DNA of 64,000 nucleotides, from assembly GCA_043228905.1 (NCBI GenBank), contig JBHGNT010000009.1, positions 4,650,001-4,714,000 of the forward strand, in the 5' to 3' direction. How positions within the stretch are numbered: position 1 is the first letter of the stretch; every line of letters begins with the position of its first letter. The notes beneath the pieces are model-generated. The model was not told the origin of the DNA and ran no database searches. It was given only the letters and a program-made list of their open reading frames with translations. Source of the DNA: Azolla caroliniana (Eukaryota > Plantae > Polypodiophyta). The position numbers and the translations under genes were made by a program. Positions 10,321-23,585 of the stretch are shown piece after piece.

Positions 10321-10400
10321 TCTTCTTTTTTTTTTTTCTTCTTCTTTTTTTCTTTTTTTTTCTTTTTTTTTTCTTTCTTTCTTTTTTTTTTTTTTTCTTT
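10321..10400 (-). other. ~80-nt A-rich polypurine run just after the pol stop of element C
   Basis: T/C-only tract on the + strand between pol and ORF3. Confidence 0.8.
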
Positions 10401-10412
10401 GTTTGGACCACG

Positions 10413-13400
10413 TCATTTGCTTGTCCCCCCCGATTTGTTCGGGTCGGTTTGTGTGGATACCGGATCCTTTTGTCGGTTTTCCGGGATAGTCTTTGTCATT
10501 ATCGGTGTCGGTTCTTCCTCGGTCCGAATATCTTCAGCAGCGTCCGTCGGTGTCGGTTCCTCATCTTGCCGGATTTCCGGGTTTTGGTTGAACGGGTTGG
10601 CTGGCATATTTCCCTTATACGGCTTTAGTCGAAATCCATTTGCCCACTTGCCGATGACATCTCCAGACAACGTGCCGAGCTGATACGACCCATTGTACTC
10701 CTTGGTGATCCAGAACGGTCCGGTCCATCGAAACCGCAACTTTCCCAGCATGTTCCCCATCCGTGTCTGGAATAGTAGTACCGGTTTCCCGACCTCGAAC
10801 TCCTTTTCATTGCCATGCCGGTGTCGGTCCACGAAGGCTTTTCTCCTCCTTTGCTCCAGTTCGAGTTGTAGTAAGCTGGCTATTCGGTTTTCCTCTAATT
10901 CCAACCACGTCGCCAGCCGGATTCGTTCGGACTCGTTCTCACTTAAGCGCTCCTTCACCTGAATCCGTAAGCTGGGGATCTGGAACTCTACCGGCATGAC
11001 CGCTTCTAACCCGAATGCTAGTCGGAACGAGGTTGTCCGGATGCTGGTTTTGTACGTTGTTCGGTACGCCCATAGCGCGCTTTGCAATTTCGTATCCCAG
11101 TCGGTCCGGTTCTCGTTGACGATTTTTCGTAGGATGTTCTGCATAGTTTTGTTCGTTGATTCCGCTAGTCCATTGGCTTGAGGGTAGTAGGGTGTACTCT
11201 TTTTATGTACCACCGCGTAAAATGACGTCAGGCTTTCTACTACCTGCCCGAGAAAATGTCCTCCTTGGTCACTTATAAGCTCGATCGGGCAACCATACCG
11301 GCACCATATGCACTCGTACAGGAACTTTGCCATGGACGCGGCCGTGTTGTCCCGTAAGGCCTTTGCTTCTACCCATTTGGTGCAATAGTCGGTCGCCACT
11401 ATGACATACCGATTTCCGGTTCGCATTGTCGGTGGTTTGAAGGGACCGACAAAGTCCAACCCCCACTTTTGAAACGGTTCTAAGGGCAAGACCGGGTGGT
11501 GTGGCATCCGGGCCTGCTCTGTGGGTTGGCCCAGTCGTTGACACAAATCGCATTCTCTGCTATACTTCAAGGCATCTTTTAGGGTGGTCGGCCACCACAG
11601 TCCGCTCTGCCATATTTTCCGAGCGGTTGCGTCGCCGGCATAATGCCCGCCGGCAATTCCACAGTGGGCTTCCCTGAGGATTAGATCCTTCTCATCGCTC
11701 CGCACTGCTCGTCTCCAGATGCCATCTGCCCCCTTGTGATAGAGGGTGTCTCCAACCAAGCAGAAATGTCTACTTCTTACTGCTACCCTTTTCCTTTCAT
11801 CGCGGTCCATGTTCTCCGGGGGAACTCCGGTGCTCAGGAACTGATGCATCTCAGTTAGCCATGTGTCTTCATCGGCTACCGTTGTATCCGTTGCCGGTTT
11901 CGTCGTGATCCGGAACAATTCGGCGTCGGGAAACTCATCCTGGACGCCGTCCCCTGCTTCTCCGGATTCGAGTCTGATTAGATAGTCCGCTACCGCATGC
12001 TGCGCCCCGGCTCGGTGGAAAATGTCGAATTCAAATTCCTGTAGTAGCAGTGTCCACCGTGCAATTTTTCCCGTCAGGGATGCCTTCGAGACCAGGTAGA
12101 GTAGTGCCGAATGGTCGACATGGAAGGAAAACTTCCTTCCGAGCAGATAGTGCCTGTACTTTGTGACACTATACACCATTCCCAATGCCTCGCGTTCCGT
12201 CGTAGAGTAATTCCGTTCGGCTTTTGAGAGTTTCCGGCTTGCGTAGTACACCGGTCGGTACCATTTCGGCTCTGTGAGTTGCATCAGAACGCTGCCGATT
12301 GCTACGTCCGACACGTCGACGAAGACGTGAAAGCTTTTACTCCAATCCGGCGGTTGCACCATCGGGGCTTGCGACAGCATAACCTTCAACGCTTTGTAGG
12401 ATTCCTCCTCCGTCTCCGCCCATAGGAAGGGTACCCTATGTACGGCGATATGTAACGGTGTAACGAAGTCCGCGAGGTGCCGTATCATCCGGCTATGCCA
12501 CCTTATTTGGCCCAGGAACCGGCTTAAAGCCTTTGCGTTACTTGGTGCTGGTGCATCGAGAATCGCCTTGACTTTATCCGGATCTACCGCGATTCCTTCC
12601 TTACTCACCACGTGCCCTAGCAACTTGCCGCTTGCCACTCCAAAGACGCACTTGGCCGGATTCAGGCTCAATCGGTACTCGCGGCACTTCTCCAAGCACA
12701 GCCGGAGGTGATCGAGATGCTCTCCGTGCCGGCTGTAGACCGCGAAATCGTCAAGGAAGACCTGCATAAAACCGGGGATATATTCCCCGAAAATTTCCAT
12801 TATTATCCTTTGAAAGGTCGCTAGAGCCGTCTTTAGTCCGAACATCATCACGACCGCGACGAACACCCCCCATTCCGTCACGAACGCTGTCTTCTCTTGG
12901 TCGGCCAGGTTCATTCGTATTTGGTTGTAGCCGCTAAATCCATCCAGGAAGCTGTAAACTTCGTGCCCGGCTACCGCATCTAACACCCCGTCCGTAAATG
13001 GTAGTGGAAACGCATCGGTCACTGTTGCGGCATTTAGTTTCCGGTAGTCCACGCATACCCGGATTTTTCCGTTCTTTTTCGGGACCACCACTATCGGACT
13101 CAGCCAGGTTGCCTGCTTGACCGGTCGGATAAATTCGACCCGGAGGAGCTTATCAATTTCCTCCTTCACCTTTGCCGCATAATTTGGATTCATCCGGTAC
13201 CTGCGTTGAGCAATCGGTTTCGCGTCCGTACTTAGGTGAATTTGGTGCTGATAGAGTTGGGGGTCCAGCCCTCGCATGTCTTCGTACGACCACGCGAACA
13301 CATCCTTGAAGTCTATTAATAATGCTACCATTGCCTTCTTTTCTTCCTTCGGCAATTCCTTTGCAATATTTACCGGTCGGGGCTTGTCTGCTGTGCCGAG

Positions 13401-16346
13401 GTCCACCTCCTCGAGTTGGGATGCTTTTACCCTCTGGGATATCGTCATTTCCCTCTCTAGGGATTCCTGTGCTTGTCGCAGTTCCCGGATCGCCGCTTGG
13501 TCCGGTTCTTCCGGCGTCGTAATGTACGGTTCTACTGCCGCCGTGATATCCACCTCAAATAGTGGGACGATTTGTGGGTGTTCCTCGAGGTACCGCTCGA
13601 CTTCCTCGTCTGGTAATCCCTCCAACATGTTAATGCTTTCCGCATACAATGGAGTTGCTTCCTTACTGGTGATCACCCGTGGTTGCGTCGTTACTCGTAC
13701 CTTTGTTTTCCCTCGCCGGAATGTGATCATGTTCTTTTGCCAGTTCTGCTTGATATGCGCCGTTCGCAGCCATGGTCGTCCTAGCAGTAGGGGGTACGCG
13801 CCTTGTACATTCAGCTGCAGCACCATGGCCGATATCTGGAATACGTGGCCTCCGATCGTTATTTCCAAATCCCGGATAAGCCCGGTCGGTCGGACTGAGC
13901 TAGTATCCGCCATGCGTAACTAGAAGGGGCATGGTTCCCATTCCCGGATGCCCAGGTCGCTGCATGTCTGTTGGCTGATGACATTTACCCCGGAGCCTCC
14001 GTCAATAATCGTTCCAGCAATTTCCTTTCCTTTCACGATTGCCGTGATCGCCGGGCTACTTGTATCGACCACCGCTGGTCCTTCCTCCGGGTTGGAGAAG
14101 AATGCCGGTGCTGGCGTCGGCTTCGGTTTGCTGACGGATGCCTGTAGGTCTGCCGTAAATCCTGGCACTAACTGTAGTAGTCGTGCTAACGGCAGCACGA
14201 TTTGACAGTCCTGTAGCGCTTGCCACGTCGGGTTTTCTCCTAGCTGTATGATTTCTTCGTCTTTTGGCATATTTTGGTCTCTTACTTCTGCCGCATTCTA
14301 TTCATTGGCCTCCTTGATCCATTGTGTCGCTTGTTTTCTGATTGCCTCCTGGGCTTCCCACTCGGCGGTCTTTCCCTTTGACCGGGTTGTGACCTGCTGT
14401 ACTTCTGTTATTTCGGCTGTAACCATGTTGACTTCCGGCTGCTTGTCATAGCGTTTGCTTGGGCATTGGTTACTATAGTGGCCTTCCTTGCGGCAGTAAT
14501 AACAGTACACCTTGTGACTGTTGCTCGTTTCTCCTTTGTCCCCGGTTTGGAGGGTGGGTATGCTCCGGCGGTCGTCTTCGGTTTTTCGGTTATCCGGTAC
14601 CGATACTGGGTTGTCATTCCTTGCTGCCCCCCTACGTTCCTCTCTTCGGAAAAATCCACGCTTCTGATTCCGTCGGAAATTTCGGTTCCCTTGTCGCCTC
14701 TCTTCTCTGCGTCGGTCGTATTCCGGGGATTCGTCTCGGTCGTGCCGGTCCCGGGGGTAGCTATCTTTGCGTCTCTCCTCTCGGTCATAGTTGTCGCGTC
14801 TTCTATCAGCGTATCCTTGTCGCCGCTCTTCTCTGCGTCGGTCGTCTTCCGGGGATTCGTCTCTGTCGTACCGGTCCCGGGGGTAGCTATCTCTGCGTCT
14901 CTCCTCTCTGTCATAGTTGTCGCGTCTTCTATCAGCGTATCTGTTACCGCGTTCGCGTTGGTAGCGGTCGTCTCTCCGGAATCGATCCTCGTCCGGGTTC
15001 TGATTGCGCGGTTCTATGTGTCGAACCGGTGCTGCCTGCCGATTTAACAGGTTATATTCGCATCGGTCCGTTGTATGGGCTCGAGAGTTGCAAATCACAC
15101 ATTGTGTCCGCAGGGTGCAGTCCACTGTTGAGTGCCCCGAATTTAGGCATGTTGTACATTGTAAGGCCTGTCGGAACCTCAGGTCTTCCTCCTTTGGGAG
15201 TGCCCGGTGTAACATCCCCATCGACAAGAAGGGGCTAGTCTTGTCCATTTCTAAAACCCGATCAATAACTTGGTCCATTGTGCTGGTTTGGAAATCAAGG
15301 ACTCCGCACATTGTTCGAAGTGGCTCTTTCAGTGCGGCCAGAAAGACTGCTTTGGCTTCGTCTTCGGGTGGTGCTCTTGTCAGTTGGCTGTGCAGGGTCT
15401 GGAACCGAATGATGAATTGTGGCATAGTCTCGTTCTCTTCCTGCCGGGTGGTGTAGAACTGCCCGACCAATTCCCTTTGCTCAAATTGTCTGTGAAAAAA
15501 CCTGAGGAATCTGGCCTTCAAGGCATCGAATGTGGCAAAGCTGCCCGGTAAGTGCTTTGCGTGCCATTGGGCCGCCGGTCCTTCTAAGGTTATGCCGAAT
15601 TCGGCGATTTTGGATCGTTCGGCTTCGGGCTCCGTCAGTCTTTGGGAGATATGGTTGGCTTCCCATGTTTGGAGGAATGCGTACACGTGTGCCTCCGCAT
15701 CGGCCTCATCCCGGTACTTTGGGTATGGGTACGGCATCGTGTCGTCCAACTGACTCTCCTGTTTCCTCCTCTCTCTGTCCGCTGTTGGCGTTGGTGTGAG
15801 AACCTTTGGTTCCTCCGCGGGTGTTCCCGGTGTCCGGTCCGTTGGTTCCTCCGCGGGTGTTGTCGGTATCCGCTCCCTCGGTTCCCTCGCGGTTGTTGTC
15901 AGTATCCGGTCAGCCTTCCTCGGCGGTTGCCGGTCACCGAATTCCAGGGTTCTTTCTTCCTCTGGCGCCGGTGTTACTGAGTCTTCCGACCCCTCGTCCT
16001 CCCGGTCGTTTGGTGTGTCGTGGCTGCTTTTATACCGGGATGCAACGCTTCCGTCGCTTTCCGACTCCGCCTCAAGTGTTGCGAATGCTTCCGAGTCCCC
16101 GTCGCCCGCGGCGAGCGTCTGCAGTATCGTTTCCACCTCTTGCAGGCTTGTTATGCTACTGCCTTCGTCGGGGATTTGCAGAACCCGGAACTGCAGTGCT
16201 TCTTCTGCGACTCTCCGAAGAGTTTTGGAGAATGACCGATCCCGCCGGATCTCGTCGACGGTTTGCTGCAGGGCTTCCCGTCGTTGCTCGCGTTCGGTGT
16301 ATCGTCTCCCTCGTTCGGTGATGTGGTCGTCGTTTGGTCTAGACAT
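10413..16346 (-). pseudogene. Single-frame gag-pol of element C (~1978 codons) with two in-frame TAG stops
   Basis: ORFs 14298-16430, 13920-14270 and 10413-13913 share one frame, with stops at 14298-14300 and 13920-13922. Motifs: three CCHC knuckles, protease IIDGGSGVN, RT FLDGFSGYNQI and FLDD, RNase H, INT HHCC and WGLDF/ISDQG/NGLAE, WTGPF. Confidence 0.92.
14691..14941 (-). repeat. 126-bp (42-codon) tandem duplication in gag encoding an Arg/Asp-rich tract
   Basis: TTGTCGCC recurs at 14691 and 14817. The protein repeat YADRRRDNYDREERR...EERRQG occurs twice. Confidence 0.9.
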
Positions 16347-16398
16347 CCATCCCCCGGTTGTCCTCTGCTTTTTGCAGGAATCGTAATCGCCAAAATAG

Positions 16399-16788
16399 TG
16401 TTGTCTGTCTGGCCGGACTAGCCTCAACACAGGTGTCTATCCGACACTTCTCCAAAGGGGTGGTAAGGATTGGATGCTAGGTTACACGCATAAGATGATT
16501 ACAATTAAGCACAGACGGTAAACAATACGAGATACAGATAAACACGCAATAATTACTATTGTATTACTTCCGTCCCATTCCTTTACAATTCATCGGATCC
16601 TTTTATAGGCATCCGGCAAGGTTACAATTGGTGCACTTAGGCAACCGACATCCGAATCGGTCTGGATCCGGATCGGTACAATTGTACCGAATCCGTCCCT
16701 CCGAATAATAATTCTACTATTATTTACTTCCTATTATCCGATCCGATTCCGCCTTCCCACTTGTCCTTGCTCTTCTGACCGGCCAACA
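16399..16788 (-). repeat. 5' LTR of element C
   Basis: Direct repeat of 6604-6993. Followed on the minus strand by CTATTTTGGCGATTACG, a weak PBS candidate. Confidence 0.95.
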
Positions 16789-16813
16789 CACGCAGGCGCG
16801 TAACAACACGACA

Positions 16814-18037
16814 CTGTTTTCTCTTCGACCGGATCGTCCGATCCGGTGACCTCTTGGACCCGCTGTTCCGCGCGATCCGCCTCTTCCTTCTTCAGCCGAA
16901 CTCCGGAGAGGCCTTCTAGCACTAGCGGCCAGAATCTGGAGTCCTTCGCCTTCCGGGTCTCATCACCCCCGACCCGAATTCCCGCCAACACTGAGTAGTT
17001 AACGGCTTCTACATGTCGTGTCGCGGCCTCTTCCATCAACCTCTTCATTCCACCGCGCCCCGTATTCAGTTCTAGGGCTCTCCGGGTCTCGCTCGCGTGC
17101 ACCCGCCCATTCCAGAGGTACACCACGTTGGTCCTGAGTGCGTCAGCGAAATCCGCGCAATCCTTCTGAATGTGACCGATCACGTCACACCACATGCACC
17201 ACTGCCCAACCGGCGGCCTCCGGTCGCGAGGTTGTTCGCCGCTGTCTCTCCGGGCCTGTGTGATCTGCAGGTCGCGCACCATCTATGTCAGCTCCTCTAG
17301 AGCCGCTCCTCCGGATGGGCCTTTGACCACGTCGTTCGATGCCGACCCCGACTCCAGACAAATTCGGGTCTCTTCCTTCCTATTGGCTCCTCGAGCCTCC
17401 TAGTCGGGACCGGTCCTGACTCCGACGAGCTTTCGTCGCTCCACTCGCGCCGTTTGTCGAATCGGCTACAGACCCGTTTAACCACGGCCCAGTCTGTCGT
17501 GAGCCCTTCATCCGTCTCCAATAGGGGACCCACCTTTTCCCTGTCAAGCGCGTCCACCGACTTGACAAACAGTAGTACTCGACTCGTTTCGAGCACGGTC
17601 CGGTCCAGCGTCGACAGCCGCGCAAATTGTTTTTCGAACTCCTGGAGGAGCGCCGACGTGTTCCTCCCTTTTCCGGGGCTTTCCACCCACGCCATGAAGT
17701 CCCGCCTCGACAGCCGAAGCGAGTCATCAAACCCATACTTCTCGAGGAGCTGCAGCTCGAACTCCTCCCAAGTCTGGCATCCGGCCAACATCTCTGCGTG
17801 GATGCTCGGCGTCACCACCCGAGGGAATCCGGACAGCCGCCTGTCCACCGGGATATCCCTCATGATCATTTTGGCCCGGTAAGCCTCCAAATAACTTGTG
17901 GGATTCTTCCCACCGAATCGGCCTATGCTACCGACGATCAATTCAATGGCTCTGTCAAGGGTACCTGTCCCCTCGTGAGCGCTCACTAGCCGGTCGACGG
18001 CTGCCGCCATTGCCTCTGCTAGCTCCGATCCCCTCAT
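16814..18037 (-). pseudogene. gag remnant of element D
   Basis: ORFs 17297-18037 and 16734-17282 match element I Gag (GRFGGKNPTSYLEAY; CMWCDVIGHIQKDC knuckle; GRGGMKRLMEEA). Truncated at the end of the F LTR. Confidence 0.85.
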
Positions 18038-18060
18038 CTTCCGACTCCTTTGCCGCCTGT

Positions 18061-18078
18061 TTCACGTCGGGTTCACCA
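18061..18078 (-). other. Primer-binding site complementary to tRNA-Trp
   Basis: Minus strand reads TGGTGAACCCGACGTGAA, identical to 31400-31417. It is the complement of the recalled plant tRNA-Trp 3' end ...UUCACGUCGGGUUCACCA. Confidence 0.85.
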
Positions 18079-19095
18079 ATTATGTCGCGAAGTTTCGCGT
18101 TCGCGTGTAGGAAGAGGCGGGACCACGGGGGTCTTGGACCAAGGAGAGAGAGAGAGAGAGAGAGATGCAGATACACAGAAAGAAAATAAGAGCAAGAAAA
18201 AGGAATCCAATTACTATTATCAATAGCTTACAACTCGAACAGTTACAACCGGCAACCCAGTAATGGACCTGACACGGGGTCCTACTCACGCACACAGATG
18301 ACAGCCACACGACTCGAAGAAACAAGAAAAAAGGGGCGGGGGGGGGGGGTGGGAAGAGAGCCTCTACTGGAAGCACATGGGTTGTCCACGAAGCAGAGGC
18401 AGCGAACGATGATCGAAAGAGAGAGAGCTCTGCCCTCAGTTCTTGTTAGGAAATAGGTCTCTCCGGATGGGAAGTGAGAAGAACAATACTGATGAGCAAA
18501 CTCAACCGAGGCCGAATCCGGATGTGGAGTACCGGGCTATGGAAGACCCGGTGAGAACCGGATGACGAGTACCCCGCAAGAGCTGGATGGTGAAGGCCCG
18601 GTGAGAAGTGCTCACCGGATGAAGGGACATATTCGTAAATATGTTTTCTGAGAGTCCATCGGGGCTATATTTGTAAATAGTCGAAAAGTCATATTAGTAT
18701 AAATATGACTTAGGGCAAACTTAAAGTTGTTGTTGTCATTCTTGTTGGCGCAAGATTAGAGCGCAACAGTGTACAGAGAGAGAGAGAGAGACGAAGAGTT
18801 CGTATCTCTGTTGTAACCGCCGCCTGTGGCGAAGAGAGTGAACAAGAGTTCGTTGCCTCTGTGTTCATCTATTGTATATTGTTACATAGTGATAGTTAGC
18901 AGTCAGTGGACTGCCGTGGTTTTTCCCGTGTTTGGGTTTTCCACGTAAACATCCTGTGTACTCTTCTCTCCATTGTGTCGTGCATTCATTCCCGTTTTTC
19001 TGTGTTTGATTCTAAGCTTGGTTGTGGCCGAGCGTTGTTCATCGGGAGCGTGTAGTTCCTTGACAAAGTGGTATCAGAGCGAAACGACACAGAAA

Positions 19096-22000
19096 ATGGA
19101 CGAATCGTTGGGAGGCATGTTCAAGCTCACCGGCTCCAACTATTCGGTGTGGAAGTCGAAGATGAGGGACATGCTCGTGGTTAAAGATCTTTGGTTGCTG
19201 GTTCAATTTGGGGACAAGAGACCGGACAAAATCGACGCCACGATATGGGAGGTGATGCACATGAAGACAACGGCGTACATACGGTGCTTCATGGACATGA
19301 GTCTATACAACAACTTGAATGAAGAGAGCAAGGCTCATGAGCTCTGGGAGAAGATCGGCATTATGTTTCAAAACAAAAATGTTGTTAATCAAGTTTCGGT
19401 ATTTCGGAAGCTAGTAAGACTCTGGTACCAAGATGGCTCCAGCATGGCGGAGCACATGAATGCCTTCCAGGGGCTGATCCACCAGGCAACATCATTGGAA
19501 GTACCTCTCGCCGATGAGGTACTAGCACTACTCCTGCTCGGTTCCCTCCCAGATAGCTGGGGGATGTTGGTTGTCACTTTGGGTAACGTCGGGCCGGAAG
19601 GGAAACGGTTATCCCTAGCAAGAGTGAAGTCGAGCTTGCTAGATGAGGAGGCGCGTCGGAAAGATAAGGATATGAGCTCCGACTCCAAAGCGCTCCTTAC
19701 CGAATCGAAACGCGGAAGACAAAGGAACCGTAGTCCCCAGAACCGGGAGAAGTCGGGGACACGGTCAAAGTCAAGGGGGAAGCCTACCTGCTTCTATTGC
19801 GGCAAGCCGGGACACTTCAAGAAAAACTGTCGACACTTCCGAAAGGACAAGGAAACCGACGGCACCGATTCAAAGCGGACACCGGACCGGAACGGTAAAG
19901 ACCGGAGGGGCCCGGACCGGAAGGGAACGACGGCAATCGCAGCAAGTGAAGAAGAGTTGATGCTCATCACCGAGGAGAGTGAGCTAAACCTTGTCAGCGA
20001 CGAGATGACTTGGGTGGTCAACTCCGGAGCGTCGTTCCACCTTATCCTGGACTGGAAATACTTCTCATCCTACTCAGCCGGTGATCACGGCTGTGTATGG
20101 ATGGGGAATGAAGGTACATGCCGAATTCTCGGCATAGGAGACATGTGGTTGACAACGCCAACCGGATGCAAGCTGCTGCTAAAGGATGTTTGACACGTTC
20201 TGGAGGTTCGTTTGAACCTGATATCAGCCGGTCGGCTAGATGATGAAGGCTACATGGAACGGTGTTATGAAGTTCAGCAAAGGGAGCCTGATTGTGGGTC
20301 GGGCCCGGAAGGTCAACACGTTGTACCTGATGAATGCTCGGTTATGCCCGGAAGAAGTGAACGTGGCATCCGGCACTGCCGGTGAGCTGTGGCACAAGAG
20401 GTTGTGTCACATGAGCGAGAAGGGGATGAAGAGGCTTGCAGACGACAACCTCATTCCAGTGAAGAACGTGCACTTAGATAAGTGCACTGATTGTCTGGCC
20501 GGTAAACAAACCGGACCTCCTTCCGATCGAGGCCACCGATGAGACGTAATGTACCACTGGAGTTGGTGCATACTGATGTATGTCAAGTGGACACGAAGTC
20601 ACATGCCGGATCATAGTACTTCGTGACGTTCATAGATGACCACAACCGGAAGTTGTGGGCCACACCGTTGAAGACAAAGGATCAGGTGTTATCCGTCTTC
20701 AAAGAGCTCCATGCGAGAGTGGAAAGAGAAACCGACCGGAAGCTGAAGGCGGTTCAAGCAGATAACGGAGGTGAATACCGGGGGCAGTTCGAGGAGTATT
20801 GTCGCTCGAAGGGAATCCGGCTCGAATTTACCGTGCCGAAGATGCCAGAACTAAACGGGCTAGCCGAGAGGATGAACCGGACCATAATGGAGAGGGTCCG
20901 GAGTATGCTGGCACATGCAAAACTACCCAAGAAGTTTTGGGCTGAGGCACTATCGACGACGACATATGTGATAAACAGATCACCCTTAGTACCCTTGGAC
21001 GGAGACACGCCACAGAGAGTAAGGACCAGTAAGGAAGTGTCCTACCGGCATCTGAAGGTATTCGGGTGTCTTGCATATGTGCATGTAGCTAAGGACCGGA
21101 GAGGAAAACTAGATCCGCAGACTCGGCCATGCATATTCCTCGGTTACGGCGACAATGAGTTCGGCTACCGAATGTGGGACCTGGTCGACAAGAAGGTATT
21201 CCGGAGTCGAGATATTATCTTCATGGAGGACAAGACGCTCGCCGACTGGGAGTCGGAGAAGAAGATAATGAACTCCGAGTCGATTGGTAAGGATCGATTC
21301 TACGATGAGCAGACCCAACCGGCAAGAGACCGGTTAGCACTCGAGGAATCAGCCGGTTACGGTGAGGATACCGAACCGGCAGAACAAGAAGTAGAGGAAG
21401 CTGAAACAGGAACCGACCAAGACCCCGAATCGGATTCGGATGAAGAGCAAATGGAGGAGCCGGTTATCAAAGCCCAAAGACAGAGATATCCTCTCAAAGA
21501 GAGAAGGGCCCCCCGGAGATTTCCGGATGCAAAGCATGTGCTGCTAACCTATGAGGGGGAGCCAGAAAGCTTCGAAGAAGCGAAGGATGACACCCACAGC
21601 CGCAAATGGTTAAGTGTCATGCAGGATGAGATGGATTCCCTGCACGAGAACCATACGTACAAATTGGTGGAGTTGCCGAAAGGAAAGCGGGCACTCCGAA
21701 ACAAGTGGTTGTACAAGTTGAAACCGGGAGATGCCGGAAACCCCCCGAGATACAAAGCCAGGATCGTGGTGAAGGGATTCCAGCAGAAGAAGGGTGTGGA
21801 CTTCGACGAGATATTTTCCCCGGTAGTAAAGATGACCTCCATCCGGACGGTGCTGAGTATAGCGGCAAGCATGGACCTCGAGGTAGAGCAGCTGGACGTG
21901 AAGACGGCATTCCTTCACGGGACCTCGAAGAGGAGATCTACATGTAGCAACCGGAAGGATTCATGGAGAAAGGGAAGGAGCACCTGGTTTGTCGGTTGAA

Positions 22001-23129
22001 GAAGAGCCTGTACGGACTGAAGTAGGCTCCCCGACAATGGTACCGGAAGTTCGACTCCTTCATGGCCGATCAAGGGTACCAGAAGACGCAGGCCGATCAC
22101 TGCGTGTTTGTGAAGAAGTTCGAAGGAGGCGACTTCCTGATACTCCTTCTGTACGTGGACGACATGTTGATCGTCGGACGGAACCAAGCCAGAATACGGA
22201 TGCTGAAGAAGGCTCTCAACCAAACTTTCGCGATGAAAGACTTGGGTCCGGCAAGACAGATGTTGGGGATGCATATCATCCGGAACCGGCCAACGAAGCA
22301 ACTGTGGCTGTCACAGGAGAAATACGTGACAAAGGTGCTTCAGCGGTTCAACATGTTAGAAGCGAAACCGGTCGGATTGACACTCCCGGCAAACTGCAGA
22401 TTATCCGGTAAGCAAAGCCCGAAGACAAAAGCAGAGAAGGCTGATATGATGAAGGTTCCATATGCCTCTGCCGTCGGGAGCTTAATGTATGCAATGGTGT
22501 GTACCCGACCAGATATAGGATACGCAATCGGAGTGGTGAGCCGGTTTATGAGCAATCCCGGCAAGGAGCACTGGAACGCGGTCAAATGGATACTCCGGTA
22601 CTTGAAGGGCAATTCAAATATGTGTCTCCGATTCGGCTCCGGAAAACCTCAACTTGACAGTTTTACCGATTCGGACATGTCGGCTGATGTGGATACTAGC
22701 TGGTCTACATCCGGGTATGTAATGACTTATGCAGGGGGAGCTGTTTCGTGGCAGTCGAGGCTGCAGAAGACGGTTGCATTGTCAACCACGGAGGCGGAGT
22801 ACATGGCGGTTGTGGAAGCCGTCAAGGAAATATTATGGATGAAGGACTTCATCGGAGAGCTCGATATCCGGCAAGATGAATACCGGCTCTATTGCGACAG
22901 TCAAAGTGCCATCCACCTTGCTAAGAATGCGGCCTACCATTCCCGGACGAAGCATATCCAGCGAAGGTATCACTGGATCTGGGAAAGAGTAGATGACCAG
23001 GAGTTCGCGCTGACGAAGATCCACACAGCCGAGAATGGGTCAGATATGCTGACCAAAGTACTGATACCCGACAAGCTGGATGCATGCCAGAAGCGGATCG
23101 GACTAGTAAGACATCCCATGCCGGAGTGA
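19096..23129 (+). pseudogene. Copia gag-pol of G (gag-PR-INT-RT-RH) with stops and frameshifts
   Basis: Motifs CFYCGKPGHFKKNC, LWHKRLCH, DNGGEY, NGLAERMNRT, LYVDDM and ALSTTEAEY. Broken into ORFs 18973-20193, 20240-20542, 20623-21999 and 22062-23129. Confidence 0.93.
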
Positions 23130-23222
23130 AGGGGGAGTTTGTTAGGAAACAAGTCCCCCCGGATGGGAAGTGAGAAGAATAGTACTGATGAGCAAACTCG
23201 GCCGAGGCCGAATCCGGATGTG

Positions 23223-23342
23223 GAGTACCCGGCTACGGAAGACCCGGTGAGAACCGGATGACGAGTACCCGGCTACGGAAGACCCGGTGAGAACCGGATG
23301 ACGAGTACCCGGCAACGGAAGACCCGGTGAGAACCGGACGAC
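23223..23342 (+). repeat. 40-bp tandem repeat, three copies, in the U3 of the G 3' LTR (one copy in the 5' LTR)
   Basis: Unit GAGTACCCGGCTACGGAAGACCCGGTGAGAACCGGATGAC. Confidence 0.9.
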
Positions 23343-23547
23343 TTGTACCCCGCAAGAGCTGGATGGTGAAGGCCCGGTGAGAAGTGCTCACCGGATGAAG
23401 GGACATATTCGTAAATATGTTTTCTGAGAGTCCATCGGGGCTATATTTGTAAATAGCTGAAAAGTCATATTAGTATAAATATGACTTAGGGCAAACTTAA
23501 AGTTGTTGTTGTCATTCTTGTTGGCGCAAGATTAATGCGCAACAGTG

Positions 23548-23585
<38 letters not shown>

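Larger units (their letters stand above)
6604..16788 (-). mobile_element. Full-length Athila/Tat-type (non-chromovirus) Ty3/gypsy element C with an extra 3' ORF
   Basis: 390-bp near-identical LTRs (6604-6993, 16399-16788) with TG...CA ends. Perfect 5-bp TSD CACGC (6599-6603 / 16789-16793). Domain order gag-PR-RT-RH-INT, then ORF3. No chromodomain. Confidence 0.95.

Noticed and set aside
10151-10683. Poly-Lys and poly-Phe ORFs
   Set aside because: Translations of the A/G run after pol.
13276-16386. Long antisense ORFs over gag-pol of element C
   Set aside because: Expected shadow ORFs of GC-rich coding sequence, with no independent motifs.
16347-16430. Gag starting inside the LTR (MLRLVRPDRQ...)
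   Set aside because: It begins at a non-ATG codon inside the LTR. The first in-frame ATG at 16346 is more plausible.
18973-19095. Signal-peptide-like N-terminal extension on Copia G gag
   Set aside because: It starts at TTG inside the LTR and reads through the PBS. The likely start is the ATG at 19096.
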